Shown here one piece after another: positions 25,467 to 35,225 of a DNA stretch of 40,502 nucleotides; the first letter of the stretch is position 1; each line of letters opens with the position of its first letter. The translations under genes were made by a program, and so were the position numbers. Source of the stretch: a virus (lineage: Duplodnaviria; Caudoviricetes); IMG/VR virus record IMGVR_UViG_3300042198_000101, positions 1-40,502 of that record; one strand, given 5' to 3'. Under the pieces are notes generated by a model, which was not told the origin of the DNA, did not search any database, and saw only the letters and a program-made list of their open reading frames with translations.

Positions 25467-26640
25467 AGGCGATTGGTCCTACTGGCTCCTCCAAGCCGGT
25501 CGCGGCTTTGGCAAGACACGCACCGGAGCCGAATGGCTGGCCTGGGAGATGGAGCGCCAGCCCGATACGCGCTGGGCCATTGTGGCGCCCACCTATGCCG
25601 ATGCGCGCGACACCTGCGTTGAGGGCGAAAGCGGCCTTCTCCGCTGCCTCGCCCACGAGAACATCGAGGACTGGAAGCGATCACTGGGCGAACTGATCCT
25701 GAAGAACGGATCGCGCGCCAAGCTGTTCGCCGCCGAGGAGCCAGATCGCCTGCGGGGACCGCAACACCACGGTGCGTGGTGCGATGAGCTGTCATCCTGG
25801 CGCTATGACGATGCATGGGACCAGTTGCTATTCGGTCTCCGCCTTGGCGATAACCCGCGCGTGCTGGTCTCGACGACGCCCAAACCCAACCCGCTCACGC
25901 GGCGCCTGATCACCGATGCGCGCACCGTGATTACGCGGGGATCCACGTTCGACAACGCAGCGAACCTTGCCGCCTCCGCCCTCGAAACACTCAAGGCCAA
26001 ATACGAAGGCACGCGGCTAGGCCGGCAGGAGCTTTACGCCGAACTGCTTGACGACGTGCCCGGCGCGCTCTGGTCGCGCGCCACCATCGAGAAAGCCCGA
26101 TGGGATGCGCATAAGCCGCCGCCCCTGCTGAGCCGGATTGTGATTGGCGTCGACCCATCGGGGTCGGATGGTGAGACGGGCGATAGTCAGGGCATCATTG
26201 CCGCCGGTGCAGATCGCGCAGGCCATGGCTATGTGCTCGAAGATGGCACGATCCGTGGCAGCCCTGATGAGTGGGCCAAGCGTGTCGCGCGCCTGTTTGA
26301 CGAACACGAGGCCGACGCGATCATCGCCGAGCGCAACTTTGGCGGCGAGATGGTCCGCAAGGTTATCCAGTCGCAGCGCCGAAACCTGCCGGTCAAGCTG
26401 GTGACGGCATCGCGGGGCAAGGTGGTGAGGGCCGAACCGGTCGCCGCGCTCTATGAGCAGGGCAAGGTGAGCCATATGCGACCCATGCCGGAGCTTGAGG
26501 ATCAGATGATCAACATGACCGGCGACGGGTTCGTGGGGATGGGATCGCCCGACCGCGTCGACGCCCTCGTGTGGGCCATAACGGATTTAATGCTGTCGGG
26601 CTCTGATGCGCGAACAGTCACAGTGAGGCTGGCCGGTTGA
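25384..26640 (+). CDS. terL: Terminase large subunit
   Basis: AGRGFGKTRTGAEW, WCDE, IGVDPS, SPDRVDALVWA; start probably ATG 25384. Confidence 0.95.
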   Translation: MSWPVLTAQERLRLKWLATARDNQKPPKGDWSYWLLQAGRGFGKTRTGAEWLAWEMERQPDTRWAIVAPTYADARDTCVEGESGLLRCLAHENIEDWKRSLGELILKNGSRAKLFAAEEPDRLRGPQHHGAWCDELSSWRYDDAWDQLLFGLRLGDNPRVLVSTTPKPNPLTRRLITDARTVITRGSTFDNAANLAASALETLKAKYEGTRLGRQELYAELLDDVPGALWSRATIEKARWDAHKPPPLLSRIVIGVDPSGSDGETGDSQGIIAAGADRAGHGYVLEDGTIRGSPDEWAKRVARLFDEHEADAIIAERNFGGEMVRKVIQSQRRNLPVKLVTASRGKVVRAEPVAALYEQGKVSHMRPMPELEDQMINMTGDGFVGMGSPDRVDALVWAITDLMLSGSDARTVTVRLAG

Positions 26641-28127
26641 GTTCCATCGACGCGAAGCACAAGGCCTACCTCGCCACGCAGCTGGCCTGGCAGAAGGTCC
26701 GCGACTTCGTCGCCGGCGGTGATGCCGTGCGCACTTACGTCCAGACGCTTCCCGGCCACGACACCGACACGGCGACGGCGTTTCGCAATCGCGCTTACTA
26801 CCTGCCGGCCATCGCCCGCACGATCGATGCTTTCACCGGCCTGATCATGAACCCCGAGCCGGTGGTGCAGACGCCCGCCGGGTTGGAAGAATACCTTGAC
26901 GACGTCTCATACGATGGCGAGCCCGCAGCGCGCATGATGGGCCGCACGGTCCGTGAGACCATCGAGCTAGGCCGGTGCGCGGTGGTGGTGGATTACCCCC
27001 AAGCCCCCGGTGCGGATCAGCTATCGATCGCCGAGGCCGAGGCCCAGGGCCTGCGGGCATATGCGCGATTTTATGCCGCCGAGGATGTCCTTGACTGGCG
27101 CATGACGACCAAGGGCGCGATGCGCGTCCTGTCATTTCTGAAGCTGCGCGAGAACTATGACGCGCCATCTCCAACTGATGAGTGGGCGGTCACTGAGGTC
27201 AAACAGATCAGGGTGTTGGACCTTGAGGGCGGCTTTTATCGCCAGCGCGTCTATCGCCTGGGCGATGTGATCGATGAGCGCTCCCGCAAGGTGACGAGCA
27301 CGTGGGAGCAGATCGGCGGCGACATCTTCCCGATGGCGAGCGGGGCGAAGCTGACCGAGATCCCCGCCGTGGTGTTCGGCCCGGATACGCTGGACGCATC
27401 GCAGGTGGACGTGCCGCCCGTGATGGAAATGGTCCAGATCGCCGATGCGCACTTGCAGAACAGCGCGCTCATGGAATGGACGCTGCTCTGGGTGGGCAAC
27501 CCCACGCCGGTCTTTCGCGGCATCCGTCTGGCGGAAGGTGAGACGATCAAGCTGGGCTCATCCCAGGGCATCGCGGTTGACGCCGAGGGCGGGGCCGAAA
27601 TGCTGTTCCTGCCCGCCGATGGTGTCGGCGCCATCGCCACGCAGATGGATCGCAAGGAAAAGCACATGGCCGCCGTTGGTGCGCGGCTGCTGCAGGATGA
27701 AACGTCAAGCCAGATCGCGCGTGACACAGCGATCATTCAACGTGCCGGCGAGCATTCCGTTCTGGCCAATATCGCGACGACCGTGGCCGCGGGCTGGAAG
27801 CGCATCCTTGGCTATCTCGCCATGTGGGCGCGGGTGACGGGCGACATTGGCGTGACGCTCAACACCGACTTTATCCCGCAAGGGGTGACGGCGGGCGAGC
27901 TGACCGAGCGCATCGCGGCGGTTCAGGCGGGCACGCTGTCGTCCCGCGACCTGTTTGCATGGCTTCAGAAGCGCGGCGAGATCAGGCCGGACAAGACTTT
28001 TGATGAGCATCTGGACGAGGTCGACGAAGACGGCCAGCGCGTGCTGGAATTGCCGCCAGGTGCGCCGGGCGGGCCGCCGGCGGAGCAGAACCCGGATCAG
28101 CAGGCCGATGAACAGCAGGCGGCCTGA
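26637..28127 (+). CDS. Portal protein (DUF4055-like)
   Basis: 496 aa after terL; GRCAVVVDYP, Y.AEDVLDW, LNTDF motifs. Confidence 0.9.
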   Translation: MSSIDAKHKAYLATQLAWQKVRDFVAGGDAVRTYVQTLPGHDTDTATAFRNRAYYLPAIARTIDAFTGLIMNPEPVVQTPAGLEEYLDDVSYDGEPAARMMGRTVRETIELGRCAVVVDYPQAPGADQLSIAEAEAQGLRAYARFYAAEDVLDWRMTTKGAMRVLSFLKLRENYDAPSPTDEWAVTEVKQIRVLDLEGGFYRQRVYRLGDVIDERSRKVTSTWEQIGGDIFPMASGAKLTEIPAVVFGPDTLDASQVDVPPVMEMVQIADAHLQNSALMEWTLLWVGNPTPVFRGIRLAEGETIKLGSSQGIAVDAEGGAEMLFLPADGVGAIATQMDRKEKHMAAVGARLLQDETSSQIARDTAIIQRAGEHSVLANIATTVAAGWKRILGYLAMWARVTGDIGVTLNTDFIPQGVTAGELTERIAAVQAGTLSSRDLFAWLQKRGEIRPDKTFDEHLDEVDEDGQRVLELPPGAPGGPPAEQNPDQQADEQQAA

Positions 28128-30088
28128 TGCCCGCCGATAGCCTCACGCTTTACGATGACGCGGTGAGGCGCCGGATTGCGCTGGAGCGCTACTCCACCGC
28201 GCAGGCGCGCGAGGCGCTGAAGCTCTTGAAAGAGGTTGAGGCCGACCTGCTCGCGAAGATCGCGCAGTTTCAGGCCGCGGGGCGCTCAACGCTGACGATC
28301 CGGCAGCAGCAGAACCTGCTTGCGTCCGTCAAGGATGTGAGCGCCGAGATTTACGAGCGCCTGCAGACCAGCTTGCGCAAGGGCATGACGAAGCTCGCAG
28401 GGAGCGAGTTCGACAAGGCGCAGACGGCCATGTCCGCCGCCGCCGAGAGCGTTGGGCTGACCGCCACCACGCAGACGTTGACGGGAACCGCGGCTTTCGA
28501 GATTGCGGCATCAAAGCCGATGCAGGGCGCGCTGCTGAAGGACTGGCTGGCCGATCTTGAGCCGCGCCATCGCGACCGGATCGAGCGGGCTTTGCGGATA
28601 TCGTTCACGGAGGGCGAAAGCCTCTCGTCCGCCGCGCGGCGCCTGCGGGATGCGGGCTTGCAGAATGGCCGGGGGCTGGAAGCGCTGATCCGTACATCGA
28701 ATGCGCACATCGCGGCGCAGGTTGACCAGGCGGTGACGGAGGCCAACGCCGACATCATCGAGGGTGTCGAGTGGGTGGCGGTGCTTGATGCCAGGACCAC
28801 GGACATTTGCCGATCGCGCGACGGGCAGGTGTACCCCATCGACAGCGGGCCGCGTCCGCCGGCGCACATCGGGTGCCGCTCGACGACCCGCAAGATACTC
28901 AAGGGCATGGAACCCTTGCCGCGCGAGACTTACGCGCAGTGGCTGAAGCGCCAGCCCGCGCCGACGCAGGACGACATTCTAGGCCCCGCACGGGGCAAGC
29001 TGTTCCGGTCGGGCAAGCTGACCGTGGATCGGTTTGTGGACATGAAGGGCAAGACGCTGACGCTCGCAGAGCTTGGCGTGTCGCGCTCTGCGCCAGCCTT
29101 CGACTTCGCAAGGTTCGGCCTGCCTGCCGAGCTTCCCGCCAAGGCTCCGGCGCGCAAGGCGGAATTTGAGCGCGCGCTTTCGGCAATGCGTCGCGGCATC
29201 ACTGCCGAGGAATACGAAACCGCAGCGGACTACGCCGGCCGCGCGATGCAGAACGGCTTTGTCGCCAAAGACAGCATCGCCTTTTATCGCGAAACGTGGG
29301 TGGACGTTGGGCGCGAGTTCAACATTCGCATCCCGAACAACATGCGGGCAGCGCCAGAGCTGCCATCAAAGGTTAGCCCGACGCTTGCCGCCGCGATCGA
29401 CAAGACGGCGACGCGTGTCGGTGAAAGCGCGGCTTCCATCAGGGCCCTGGCTGACGACATGCGCGGCTTTGTCTGGGAAACAAATGAAACGCTGACGGCG
29501 CTGGAGATCGACAAGACGGTTTCAAACGTGCTGATACGCTCCGCCGAAAAGTTCGGCCGCATCAAGGACGGTAGCCTGACCTATCAGCAGGCCGCTACGC
29601 TGAACATGTGGACCAAGGGCGGCAACGGCCCGCTACAGCGCGAGTTGCGCAGCGGTCGCAAAGCTCTTGTCGTCGAACGCATGTCCAAACGAATGGATGA
29701 TGCGCTGGCCGCGTGGAACGCGACCGCCGAAGGCCCGCAGGTCACCTATCGTGGCGTCGAGAAGGTCTGGCTTGATGCCTTCGACAAGTGGCGGCCGGGA
29801 CAGACGATCACGCTTGACAGCTATCAGGCGACGTCGCTGAACGAGAAGGTGACCGAAACCTTTAACACGAAGATGGCGTTTCTTTCGCCGGGCGTGCAGA
29901 CGATCACGATTGAATATCGGGGCGTCGGGATTGGCCGTAACCTTGACGTTCTCTCCGAGTTCGGCGGCGAAAGCGAAGTGCTATTGCCGCGTGGCACAAA
30001 GCTTCGTGTTCTTGAAAGACGGGAAGACGCCCACCCGAAAAGTGGCATTATCGACATGCGCATAATCGTCGAGGTGCTTCGTGAATAG
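28127..30088 (+). CDS. MuF / SPP1 gp7-like minor head protein fused to a C-terminal ADP-ribosyltransferase domain
   Basis: WVAVLDARTTDICRSRDG...PPAHIGCRS (MuF); VTYRGV, YQATS, GESEVLLPRG (R-S-E ART). Confidence 0.85.
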   Translation: MPADSLTLYDDAVRRRIALERYSTAQAREALKLLKEVEADLLAKIAQFQAAGRSTLTIRQQQNLLASVKDVSAEIYERLQTSLRKGMTKLAGSEFDKAQTAMSAAAESVGLTATTQTLTGTAAFEIAASKPMQGALLKDWLADLEPRHRDRIERALRISFTEGESLSSAARRLRDAGLQNGRGLEALIRTSNAHIAAQVDQAVTEANADIIEGVEWVAVLDARTTDICRSRDGQVYPIDSGPRPPAHIGCRSTTRKILKGMEPLPRETYAQWLKRQPAPTQDDILGPARGKLFRSGKLTVDRFVDMKGKTLTLAELGVSRSAPAFDFARFGLPAELPAKAPARKAEFERALSAMRRGITAEEYETAADYAGRAMQNGFVAKDSIAFYRETWVDVGREFNIRIPNNMRAAPELPSKVSPTLAAAIDKTATRVGESAASIRALADDMRGFVWETNETLTALEIDKTVSNVLIRSAEKFGRIKDGSLTYQQAATLNMWTKGGNGPLQRELRSGRKALVVERMSKRMDDALAAWNATAEGPQVTYRGVEKVWLDAFDKWRPGQTITLDSYQATSLNEKVTETFNTKMAFLSPGVQTITIEYRGVGIGRNLDVLSEFGGESEVLLPRGTKLRVLERREDAHPKSGIIDMRIIVEVLRE

Positions 30089-30263
30089 CGACTGGAAGTT
30101 CCTTGACCCCGATTTCAGAGCGCGACTGTCTGATGAGTTTCTGTCGCATAGCGCGGCGGAGATTGAATATCAGCAGCGTGTGCTGGGCAGGAACCTCTCG
30201 GAAGTCGAGCGCATCGCAATGATGCGCCGCGTGCGTCATGAGGCGCAGGACGAACAAGAATAA
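30081..30263 (+). CDS. 60-aa protein, candidate immunity protein for MuF-ART
   Basis: Overlaps the toxin stop; GAGG SD, GTG start; function inferred from position only. Confidence 0.5.
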   Translation: MNSDWKFLDPDFRARLSDEFLSHSAAEIEYQQRVLGRNLSEVERIAMMRRVRHEAQDEQE

Positions 30264-30350
30264 AGCTTCGCGCCTCCCGCGCGTAGGCGGCCCGGCTGTG
30301 CCGGACGCATGGGCGCCCGCCTGTGGCGGGCCTGATAGGGAACTAATGAC

Positions 30351-31001
30351 ATGGCAGACGAAAATGACGACGCCTCCGGTGGGGGCGATGCGGACAAGGC
30401 TGTTGCAGCTATGGCTGCGAAGAATGCCGAGCTGCTGAAGGAAAAGAAGGCGCTGGCCGAAAAGCTGCGCGCGTTCGAAGCGGAGAAGGCCGACCGCGAA
30501 AAGGCGCTGGCCGACGCCGAGGAAGAAAAGGCCCGCAAGTCGAAGGACTTCGAGACCATCGAAAAGGGCTACCAGACCAAGCTGCAGAAGGCCGAGGCCG
30601 AGGCGTTCACGTTCAAGGCCAAATATGAAAGCCTGATCATCGACCGTGGCCTTGATGACGCGCTGGACGCCGCGAAGGTCAACCCGGCCCTCAAGAAAGC
30701 CGCGCTGGCGCTGATCAAGGCCGAGCACGGCGTGGAACTGTCCGAGGATGGCAAGGCGTCGATTGAGGGCAAGCCTTTGGCCGACTTCATCGCCGGATGG
30801 GCCAAGTCGGACACCGGCAAGGCATTCATTTCGAACGGCTCATCGGGCGGCGGCGCCGGTGGCGGCGGCAATGGCGGGGGAGGCGACATGCCCAACCCGT
30901 GGAAGAAGGGCGAGCACTTCAACCTGACCAAGCAGGGGCAGCTTGTGCTGACCAATCCTGAACTGGCCAAGCGCATGAAGGCGGAAGCAGGGGTCCGCTA
31001 G
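30351..31001 (+). CDS. Capsid scaffolding protein
   Basis: Charged coiled coil, Gly-rich linker, NPWKK...NLTKQG...NPELAKRMKAEAG tail. Confidence 0.85.
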   Translation: MADENDDASGGGDADKAVAAMAAKNAELLKEKKALAEKLRAFEAEKADREKALADAEEEKARKSKDFETIEKGYQTKLQKAEAEAFTFKAKYESLIIDRGLDDALDAAKVNPALKKAALALIKAEHGVELSEDGKASIEGKPLADFIAGWAKSDTGKAFISNGSSGGGAGGGGNGGGGDMPNPWKKGEHFNLTKQGQLVLTNPELAKRMKAEAGVR

Positions 31002-31002
31002 C

Positions 31003-31524
31003 GTGCTTGCGGCGGTTCTCGGCGGCGCGCGTGGCGTGTGGGCCGAGCTGTCAGAACTTGAGGCCATGCTGGGGCGACGCCCCGGCCTGATCGTCGGCAC
31101 AAACGATGCCGGCGTGGTCTATCCCGGCCATCTCGACGCATGGGCGACGCTCCATCATGAGCGCTTCGCCGAATGGCGGCGCAGGCGGGCGGGCAATCAG
31201 GACTATCGCGCCATCATTCACGCGCCCCTCTCGGGGCTTGATGCGGAAGTGGTGCGCGAACGCTGGTCGGGATCCTCGGGCCTCTTTGCCGCGCAAGTCG
31301 CGCTGCAGGAGCTTGGGGCCGATGGCGTGGTGCTCTGCGGATGCCCCCTCACACCAGAGGCGGCGCATTTCTTCAACGGGGCGCCGTGGACTGATGCAGA
31401 CGTTTTCCGGCGTGGGTTCGAAGCCGCCCACCCGGTCATCCGCGACACCGTCCGCTCAATGAGCGGATGGACGCGGGATTTGCTGGGGTTCCCTGACCCT
31501 CAGTGGCTCAACGACCGGGCGTAA
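31003..31524 (+). CDS. Rossmann-like protein (DUF115/MptE/sialyltransferase-like), putative glycan-related enzyme
   Basis: AVLGGA, IVGTNDA, SGSSGLFA...GADGVVLCG motifs. Confidence 0.5.
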   Translation: MLAAVLGGARGVWAELSELEAMLGRRPGLIVGTNDAGVVYPGHLDAWATLHHERFAEWRRRRAGNQDYRAIIHAPLSGLDAEVVRERWSGSSGLFAAQVALQELGADGVVLCGCPLTPEAAHFFNGAPWTDADVFRRGFEAAHPVIRDTVRSMSGWTRDLLGFPDPQWLNDRA

Positions 31525-31551
31525 GGCCCTTCACTCAACGGAGAAACCACC

Positions 31552-32523
31552 ATGGCAGCCACGCTGCTTTCGAACGTTATCGTCCCCGAAGTCTTCATTC
31601 CCTACACGATCAACCGCACGAAGGAACTGAGCGCCTTTTTTTCGTCCGGCATCATCGGGGAGCTGCCCGAAGTCGCCCCGCTGATGGGCGGCGGCAAGAA
31701 GGTCGACATGCCCTTCTGGAACGACCTGTCTGGCGCCGATGAAGTCATCGACGACACCAGCGACTTGACGATCAACAATATCACGGCGAGCCAGGACGAG
31801 GCGGCGGTGCTGATCCGCGGCAAGGCCTGGGGCGCGTCCGACCTGTCGGCCATGCTGGCAGGCTCTGACCCGATGATGGCGATCGGCGATCTTGTGGCGG
31901 GCTATTGGGCCCGCATGATGCAATCGACGCTCATCAGCACCCTGAAAGGTGCGATGGCCTCGACCAATTCGCCGACCATGGCGACGAACACTTACAACAT
32001 CACGGCGTTGTCGCCCTCGACCGCCCGCGTGTTCGACGCTGAAGCCTTCCTCGATGCCTGCCAGAAGCTTGGCGATGCGCAGGACAGCCTGGCGGGTGTG
32101 GCCGTTCATTCGGCGACTTACAACCTGATGCTGAAGGACGACCTGATTGACTTCGTGAAGCCCTCGGACGGGTCGGACAACATCCCGACCTATCTCGGCA
32201 AGCGCGTGATCGTCGACGACGGCCTGCCGGTCTCCTCGGGCAACTACACCACCTACATTTTCGGGCCGGGCGCCATCGGCTACGCCGAAGGCTCGCCGAA
32301 AGTGCCGGTGGAAACGCAGCGCGAAGCCCTTGTCGGCGGCGGTACGGACATTCTCGTCAACCGCCGTAAATTCGTGCTTCACCCGCGCGGCATTCGCTGG
32401 ACGGGCACGCCGGCTTCCAAGCCGACCCCGGCCAACTCGGACCTTGAGACGGCGAACAAGTGGACCAAGGTCTGGGAAACCAAGCAGATCCGCATCGTTC
32501 GCTTTATCCACAAGATCGCCTGA
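31552..32523 (+). CDS. Major capsid protein (HK97 fold, SPP1 gp13-like)
   Basis: VIVPEVF, MPFWNDL, RGKAW, YLGKRVIVDD, LHPRG. Confidence 0.93.
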   Translation: MAATLLSNVIVPEVFIPYTINRTKELSAFFSSGIIGELPEVAPLMGGGKKVDMPFWNDLSGADEVIDDTSDLTINNITASQDEAAVLIRGKAWGASDLSAMLAGSDPMMAIGDLVAGYWARMMQSTLISTLKGAMASTNSPTMATNTYNITALSPSTARVFDAEAFLDACQKLGDAQDSLAGVAVHSATYNLMLKDDLIDFVKPSDGSDNIPTYLGKRVIVDDGLPVSSGNYTTYIFGPGAIGYAEGSPKVPVETQREALVGGGTDILVNRRKFVLHPRGIRWTGTPASKPTPANSDLETANKWTKVWETKQIRIVRFIHKIA

Positions 32524-32539
32524 TTGGTGATTGCGTGAG

Positions 32540-32570
32540 GCCGGGGGCATAAAGCCCCCGGCTCAACTTT
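32540..32570 (+). terminator. Stem-loop after the capsid gene (attenuator/terminator)
   Basis: GCCGGGGGC-ATAAA-GCCCCCGGC with a weak U tail. Confidence 0.55.
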
Positions 32571-32580
32571 CGGAGACCAA

Positions 32581-32949
32581 ATGAGCCGCAACAAGGAAGA
32601 TGCCCGCGCCGGATGGAAGGCGCGCCGCGAAGGCGGGCGCAGCCGGGGGCGTGTGCATGACGATAAGCGCGCGGAGATCCGCGCGGCGCGTCAGGCGTTG
32701 CTGCATACCGAGGAAACCGGGTTCAACCCGGAGGTGCAGGTCAGCGACCCTTCGCCGGGCGAAGACTACGTGTCGGCCCTGTCGGATGCCGACCTGGTGG
32801 CGCTCTACAAGCAGTTGCACGACAACCGCGCCCCGGCGCCCAAGGCGAAACGGGCGACCATCGAGCGGGCGGTGCGGGCCAGGCAGGCCGAGCTTGCGGC
32901 GGCGCAGGGAGACCCGACCGAGTTTGAAGACGACGACGGGACGCTCTGA
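32581..32949 (+). CDS. Hypothetical protein with HeH/Rho-N-like motif
   Basis: LSDADLVALYKQL...KAKRATIERAV; typical gene position after a capsid gene. Confidence 0.6.
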   Translation: MSRNKEDARAGWKARREGGRSRGRVHDDKRAEIRAARQALLHTEETGFNPEVQVSDPSPGEDYVSALSDADLVALYKQLHDNRAPAPKAKRATIERAVRARQAELAAAQGDPTEFEDDDGTL

Positions 32950-33452
32950 TGCCGCTGGTGGTGGAAGACGGCACGGGGCTGGCTGACGCCAACTGCTACG
33001 TCAGCAATGACTATATCGAGGTCTATGCCGAGGATCGCAGCTGGACGGATTGGACCGCGGCGAGCGATGAGGCGAAGGACGCCGCCATGATCGAGGCGAC
33101 GACCTATCTCGACACGTCATATTCGTGGAAGGGTGTGATCATTGGGACGACGCAGGCGCTTGCCTGGCCGCGCGCGGGCGTCACCGATCGCGAGGGGCGC
33201 GAAGTCACCGGCGTTCCCCAGCGCATCAAGGATGCGTGCTGCGAGCTTGCCCGTCTGAAGCTGTCCGGCGCCCTGGTGGCGGCGCGAACGGAGGCTGAAG
33301 TACAATCGCTGCAGGCCGGATCGGTGAGCATCACCTATGCGCGCGGCAATCGCGTTAGCGAGGGTGAACGATTTGCCTGGGTCGATCGTTTGCTGACTGG
33401 ACTGCATTCGGGCCGCGCTGGCGGGATCAACTTCAACTTTAGCAAGGCGTAA
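32949..33452 (+). CDS. Head-tail adaptor (often annotated DnaT-like)
   Basis: LVVEDGTGLADAN.Y, QALAWPR, IKDACCELA. Confidence 0.85.
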   Translation: MPLVVEDGTGLADANCYVSNDYIEVYAEDRSWTDWTAASDEAKDAAMIEATTYLDTSYSWKGVIIGTTQALAWPRAGVTDREGREVTGVPQRIKDACCELARLKLSGALVAARTEAEVQSLQAGSVSITYARGNRVSEGERFAWVDRLLTGLHSGRAGGINFNFSKA

Positions 33453-33455
33453 CAG

Positions 33456-33821
33456 ATGCCCCTCATAGCTGATTACATCCTCGACTTGGCGCTTGCCGAA
33501 CTGGACACGGCAACGTCGACGCTCCACATTTGCTCGTCCGAACCGGCAAACTACGCCGGCATTGCGGCGGTTCAGCTGGGAACCAAAACCAGCCTTTCGA
33601 TCGGCGCGCCCACCGACAGAACGCCGAACGGTCGCAAAGTCACTGTCGCAAGCTTCACAGACGGAAGTGTTTCGGCGACGGGAACGGCAACGCATTGGGC
33701 CATCAGCAAAGGCGGAACGACGCTGATGGCGACCGGCGCGCTGGCGGCGTCCCAGGCCGTGACGAACGGCAACACGTTCTCGCTTCCCGCCTTCGATATC
33801 GGCATCCCTGACGCGGTCTGA
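33456..33821 (+). CDS. Putative virion structural protein
   Basis: 121 aa, beta-rich; ICSSEP.NY, TGTATHWA, GNTFSL.AFDI. Confidence 0.65.
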   Translation: MPLIADYILDLALAELDTATSTLHICSSEPANYAGIAAVQLGTKTSLSIGAPTDRTPNGRKVTVASFTDGSVSATGTATHWAISKGGTTLMATGALAASQAVTNGNTFSLPAFDIGIPDAV

Positions 33822-33843
33822 TCCCTGACAGGAGGCTAGGCAG

Positions 33844-34029
33844 ATGCCGGCTTGCGCATGGAGCGTTAACGACGAAACGGCGGAGCGCGTGGAGTTCATA
33901 TGCTCAACGTGCAGCCGTGTGATCGGCTTCGTGAAACCGGATTTTGGCCACCCGAACCCCGTGCCTGACGGAAATGGTTCGTGGGCTCCGCCCGACAATG
34001 TTCTCGACTGGTTGGACCCCTGCCCATGA
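33844..34029 (+). CDS. Small Cys-containing hypothetical protein
   Basis: AGGAGG SD; CSTC; stop overlaps the next ATG. Confidence 0.55.
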   Translation: MPACAWSVNDETAERVEFICSTCSRVIGFVKPDFGHPNPVPDGNGSWAPPDNVLDWLDPCP

Positions 34030-35204
34030 CGAACGCGCAGCAATGGAACCCAACGCAGCGCCGCAAGAGCATCCCGCGTGGGCGCATTGAAAGATGGTTA
34101 GGCGTCGATCGCGCCAACCAGCTTTCGTCGTATATGAATGGCTGGTATGGCCCGCCGATCAATGTGCGCGACCTGCCGGGGTCGGTCTGGCTCGACAAGC
34201 ATGGCGAGTTCGTCGGCGATTTCGAGCGCGGGCAGTATTTTTCCGCGGACGACGCCTATGAGGTCTTCATTCGCAAATCGAAGCGCGCGCGGCAGATTGC
34301 GGAACACCTGCTAGGCGCGGACGGCTTGCGCCTTTATGCGGGCGCTGGGTTCGCATCGATTTCCGACGCCCTGTCGCGCGCCTCGCAGGGCAACAAGCAG
34401 AAGCCCAACGGCACGATCTATAAGAGCGGGTCAACCGGCGTTGTCGGCGCGTGCAACACGCTCTGGCGCTCGGCGGGCACGCCGACGGCGGGTGGCGCCG
34501 GGTCCGCCGCGCCTGGCGGTCGCGCATGCTCTAACGCTACAACGGGCGCGCTGGGCCTAGTTAACCCAGCGTCGGGAACGATGCACCTAACGGGCGCGGA
34601 CTTCTACGCCAGCGCGGCGCTTAACTCACTTCTGCTGTATGATCGCATCTTCGACGTCGCCAAAACGATGAACTCGACGGCGACCGAGGCTGTCACCGGA
34701 GTTCCGACCCGATATCAGTCGTCGACGGAATCTAACGAAGATTATGCAGGCGGGAATTTCCTGTTCATCGAAATCTTCACGGCGCTGGCGGCCACGGCGC
34801 ACAACTGGACGACGTGCCTTTACCGGGACGCGGCGGGTAACGACAACCAGACGTTGCCGAGTGTCACGGGTCTAAGCGGCGGGATCATCGACCGCTTTGA
34901 CATGCCGATCAATAACTGGTTCTGCCCGCTCGCATCCGGCGACGTCGGGATTATGGACCTTGCGCAAATGCAATGCTCTGCAGCAATTGCCACGGGCGCG
35001 ATCAACTTCGTTATCGGGCACCCGATCGGCTTCATGGCGTTCCCGGTCACTCCGATGATGACGCCCTTCGACTGGCTGACGAGCCGGGATCAGGCGCCGC
35101 GCATTTTTGATAGCGCCTGCCTTGCCTTCGCAGAAATGCCAAAGCCATCGACAGCGTCGACCAACTATTCGGGCCGGGTTTACATCACGACCGCAGCGCC
35201 TTAA
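34026..35204 (+). CDS. Hypothetical protein, putative virion appendage domain
   Basis: 392 aa from ATG 34026; Gly/Thr/Ala-rich beta pattern with LLYDRIF motif. Confidence 0.65.
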   Translation: MTNAQQWNPTQRRKSIPRGRIERWLGVDRANQLSSYMNGWYGPPINVRDLPGSVWLDKHGEFVGDFERGQYFSADDAYEVFIRKSKRARQIAEHLLGADGLRLYAGAGFASISDALSRASQGNKQKPNGTIYKSGSTGVVGACNTLWRSAGTPTAGGAGSAAPGGRACSNATTGALGLVNPASGTMHLTGADFYASAALNSLLLYDRIFDVAKTMNSTATEAVTGVPTRYQSSTESNEDYAGGNFLFIEIFTALAATAHNWTTCLYRDAAGNDNQTLPSVTGLSGGIIDRFDMPINNWFCPLASGDVGIMDLAQMQCSAAIATGAINFVIGHPIGFMAFPVTPMMTPFDWLTSRDQAPRIFDSACLAFAEMPKPSTASTNYSGRVYITTAAP

Positions 35205-35225
35205 GACAGAGGGAGCGCTTTAGCT

